Positions 59,915 to 64,000 of a stretch of 64,000 bases of DNA are shown here, in pieces. The notes beneath the pieces are model-generated. The model was not told where the DNA came from and ran no database searches. It saw nothing but the letters and a program-made list of their open reading frames with translations. The DNA comes from Mobula birostris (Eukaryota), in contig NC_092401.1 in assembly GCF_030028105.1 (NCBI RefSeq), positions 7,722,984 to 7,786,983 on the forward strand. The letters are read 5' to 3'. Both the position numbers and the translations under genes were made by a program. Within the stretch, counting starts at the first letter, position 1. Each line of letters starts with the position of its first letter.

Positions 59915-62900
59915 TGTGCTATTGATAATAAACGTAATTTGAATCTTTAAATAAGGACATTAAATGTCACTCTGTTCTAACATGGGTGGCTCTGATTTGA
60001 CTCCTCCCTAAGATCTGATTTGCAGAGACATGCCAAATTGCAGTTTTGGGATGGAGGGGTCAAGCTGAGGAGAAGATTTTCACGGACATGTAGAGAAAGG
60101 TCAAGTCGCTGAATACATTTAAGAAGGGCGAGGTAGAAATTGAGACATCAGTGACACATGGAGTTATTTAGATAACACGGGACTCCTGCTGTTCAACACT
60201 CAAGGTTGAAGATTGTTTAATTGCATTTCCTGTAAACAAGTGTAAAGGGGAACAAAGTAGCTATTAGTCAGGATTTAATGCAGCTAAAAAACACAAGAGA
60301 TAAAAACACAATAAATATAAATACATACGTAACCCTTGGTTCGGCTAGCGGCTTAATCTAGGGGATGATAGCCCCTGGCCCGGCCAAATTTAAGAAATCC
60401 CGTTTGGGTGGATGCTGTGCGATATGTCCCCTGTTACAAATCAGTACCACGAAATGACAAACAGTACAGCGATTAAACGATTAAGCTTTATAATTCTTAA
60501 TTTGACTATTTGGTTATTAAAGAAACAAGAAAAAAGGGCCCATTCTCATTAAACAGTCTAATGCGCAAACGTTGGAGCTCACAGCACAGTCCATTTGTTC
60601 CCGTCGTCCTCCTCTGAGCGTAACCGACCCTCGGACCCTCGCTCGTCAGTCCACTCCGTTCGGAGGTCTACCAATTCTCTCCATTCGCATCCTCACTCTT
60701 CATTGCTCCCCGACAAAAGACCGCAAATTCCCGGCTCCCAGACACACAAGAGAGAACAACATCCCGCTCCTTAGCTAATATGCCCCGTTATCTCTAGTCA
60801 TAACCCAAATATTGCTGCGACAGAGAAACTATTACCTTAGCCTTAGCAGTGAAACATGACAGAGAGGCCACTACATAGCAGTGAAACCTTACAGCGGGTT
60901 ACACATAATATAGCTCACTGAATATACGTCCATTGACTGTATGTCCATAAAGTGATGCAGAAGGTAACTGACAAATGATAATAAAGAGGTGGTGGAATTA
61001 ATGGGGGGGGGTGTTGACCAGCCTTATCGCTTGGGGTAAGTGTCTGTTTTTGAGTCTGATGGTCCTGGCGTGGATGCTACGTAGCCTCCTCCCTGATGGG
61101 AGTGGGACAAACAGTCTTTGAGCAGGGTGGGTGAGATCCTTCAAGATGCTACTGGCTCTTTTCCAGCAGCTGGGCTGGTGCGGCCGGTGCAATGGACAGC
61201 CCTGACTATCTGTTGTAGGGCCTTCCCGTCCATCACGGTACAGTTTCTGTACTATACGGTGATACAGCCTGATAGGATGCTTTCTCTTGCGCATCTGTAA
61301 AATGCCAGAAAGTGGAGGTGTTGATGAGCATTCGTGACTGTGTAGGATGTGTTATCAGTAGAGGTTATCAGTGCTGAACACTCCCAGGAGTTTGAAACCA
61401 GTCGCAGTTTCCACCGCTGTGCCGCCGATGTAGTAAGGGGTGTGAGTTCTTCTGAAGTCCATAACCATCTCCTTTGTCTTGCTGACATTAATGGCGAGTT
61501 TATTTTCCTGACACCCGTCATTGAGCTCTTCGACCCCCTTTCTGTAGGTCATCTCATCGTTGTTGGTGATGAGTCCCACCGCTGTTGTGTCGTCGGTGAA
61601 CTTGACATTGTGATTGCTCGGGTGTTTGTCCGTCAAGTCATGTGTGAGCAGAGTGTACAGCAATGGGCTCACCCTGGGGGTGGGGGGCTGGGGGGAGAGT
61701 GGCTGTGTTGAGGATGATAGTGAAGGAGGAACGGTTGTGCACTCGGACCCTCTGATATCTGTTCGTTAGAAAATCCAACACCCCGTTGCACAGTGGTGTA
61801 CTTAGACCGAGGTTTGTTCACCACGGTCTGGGAGACACTGTGCAGTTAGAGGTCTGCCCCGCCCCCCCCCCATTTCTAATTCCACACAATATAAATGTTT
61901 GTCAGTATAACAATGCCCCCTAGCACGTTAAAACTGAAGAAACAAACAAACAAATAAATAGGCCGAATTGTACCTGGGATCATTTGAATCTTGGTGGCTG
62001 ATCCACAGTTTTACGCTCAGACGGGGAGTCGGAATGGATCACCGAGAGGCACGTGGTCTGCAACATATCAGCCCGTGTCCAGTCCTCAATACTGAACATG
62101 GGAGTAGACAGCAGTAACCGTGAAACAAAATGTCACACTACCCACATCATGGGCAAAATGACATATAAAATTCACAGTGTGAAACTGTTTGAAAGCCCGT
62201 CCGTGAATTGTGTAAATAATTTACCAGGCGCCCATTTTTTATCTCTCTAGCCATCCTGCATTTGAAGTACGAATCAATGTGAAATTTAGCTTTTTGTTCT
62301 GCCAAGCCAAAGACAACGAGGAAAACCGAGAAATAAGAAACGGTCCGCAGAATAAAGCACACAACGCAAAAATGCACAGTTACTTACACGAGAATATCTG
62401 CAGACGCTGGAAATCCAAGCAACACGTACAACATGCTGGAGGAGCTCAGCAGGTGAGCCAGCATCTACAGAAAAGAGTCAACAGTTGACGTTTCGGGCCG
62501 AGACCCTTCATCGGGACTTGTGCTTTGTGTGTGTGGCACAGATACTAAGTACAGTTATCGGATTCTGTGTAGTCCGCGTAAATACATGTATATTGAATGT
62601 TTTTAAATCACTTTACCTACCTGTTACTATAAAGAGTAAAGTGAAAAAGAAAATTGATTCGCTCAGTGAAATCGGTTGAAATTCAAAACGTCGGCAGGAT
62701 ATGTTGTTTTGCCAAAACCCTGTCTTTGATAAACTTCAGAAAGCTCCCGAAGAGAAATCTGTTTCTCACGACTAACAGCGTCTCTGTGGTCTCAGTGACT
62801 ACAACAAGCTCCAATGCTCAAGGAAGTTCATTCAAGCGATAACAGACGGAAATGCCGGGAGCTGACTGTCTCACAGTCATCTGCAGATCTCCAGCTCACA

Positions 62901-64000
62901 CTCGCGTTAACGCTCTAATCCAGGCAGGGAGTCAAAAGCCGGATTCTTTGTTAGATTTATTGAATTTTCTGATTGAGAAGACCAGCAATTTTTGTCCATC
63001 CTTAATTTGCCTTGAGAGCGTGGTGGTCAGGCAGCTCTTTGAGCTGCTGCAATCCTCTGTTGAAGATCCCCTCACAGTTCTTTGCAGCAGCTTCTCACAG
63101 TGATGACGGACAATGGCAGTGGGTTCCCGTATCAAGATGGTCTCTGACATGGGGGTGGGGAGAATCTGAAGGACGTGATATTCCAATGTACCTACTTGTA
63201 GAACTCAGTCTTTGATAAACGTCAGAAAGCTCCCGAAGGGAAATCTGTTTCTCACGACTGACATAGCATCTCTATGTTCGCAGTGAGCGCCCGAAGCTCC
63301 AACGCTTCAAGGAAGTTTGGTCAATTGATAACATACAGAAATGCCTGGAGCTGACTGTCTTACAAGCACCTGCAGTTCTCCAGCTCACACTCACACTGTC
63401 GTTGTTAAAGTTCTGTGAACTCGGACAATTCCCACAAGGTCTTCAGCTTTCTTCCGAAACCTCAGCTCTCGGACTCTCCCAAATCATCGGCGCTGCTTCA
63501 GTTTGTCGGGGAGCTTTCCTCCCGCTTTGCTTCTTCATCCCCGTCGCTGAACCGAGTCCAGCCCAAAGGCAGAAGCTATTGAGCTCACGTAATGCGTGGT
63601 CTGATCCACCTCAGTTCCTAACCCTCCTCACAATGAGCGGGTGTTCGTGCCGGATCCATAGGACCATAACACATAGGAACAGAATGAAACCATTTGGCCC
63701 GTCGAATGTGCTCCGCCATTCCATCATGGCTAATAAATTTCCCTCTCACCCTCATTCTCTTGCCTTCCTCCCGGGACTTTTCACGCCTTGACTCAACAAG
63801 ACCCTATCAATCTCTGCCTTAACTCTCCCCAGTGACTTCACTTCTATCGTCACCTATGGCAGCGAATATATACATATTGTCCACGCTCTGGCTAAAGAAA
63901 TACTTCCTCATCTCCGTTCTAAATGGACGTCCCTCTATTATGAGGTTGTATCCTCTGATCTTAGGCTCCCCCACCATAGGAAACATTCTCTGCACATTCC
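59915..64000 (-). pseudogene. Copy C: tandem duplicate of promoter/exon 1/intron 1 with degenerate exon 1 (62621-62686)
   Basis: ATG changed to TTG plus a 1-bp deletion, donor intact; intron colinear with A and B; ends near an LTR-like terminus (TGTAACAC at 59760). Confidence 0.88.
60328..60903 (-). mobile_element. Solo LTR of the Gypsy family found at 10925-16890
   Basis: 4-bp TSD CATA (60324-27, 60904-07); matches the 16492-16890 LTR and its right flank. Confidence 0.92.

Noticed and set aside
1-64000. tRNA, rRNA or snRNA genes
   Set aside because: Only tRNA-derived SINE heads seen; no complete cloverleaf or rRNA/snRNA sequence recognised

Overview
Repeat-rich vertebrate genomic DNA. The mix of CR1, Penelope-like, Rex1, L2 and Deu-SINE repeats suggests a cartilaginous fish, probably a ray (inference). 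One host gene lies on the minus strand: an ICAM/VCAM-family Ig adhesion molecule. Its exons are a signal exon (55619-55685), four Ig exons (41570-41834, 27818-28129, 26182-26475, 24679-24923 running into an N gap) and a TM/cytoplasmic exon (19752-19951). As assembled it looks disabled, with a +1 frameshift and a lost Cys in D1, a lost Cys in D3, and an in-frame TGA just before the TM helix. Its promoter/exon 1/intron 1 module occurs three times: B (linked to the gene), C (tandem, ~59915-64000, ATG lost) and A (inverted, ~5900-17881, exon 1 intact, cut by an LTR at the exon-2 acceptor). The downstream exons are therefore flanked by inverted repeats. The rest is mobile DNA: several Gypsy elements and solo LTRs, a twin-primed 5'-inverted L1 with a 16-bp TSD, Penelope-like fragments with minimal hammerhead motifs, hAT, Tigger and Tc1 remnants, and a four-level nested insertion. 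Alignments and identities were done by eye, and repeat boundaries without a TSD are approximate.
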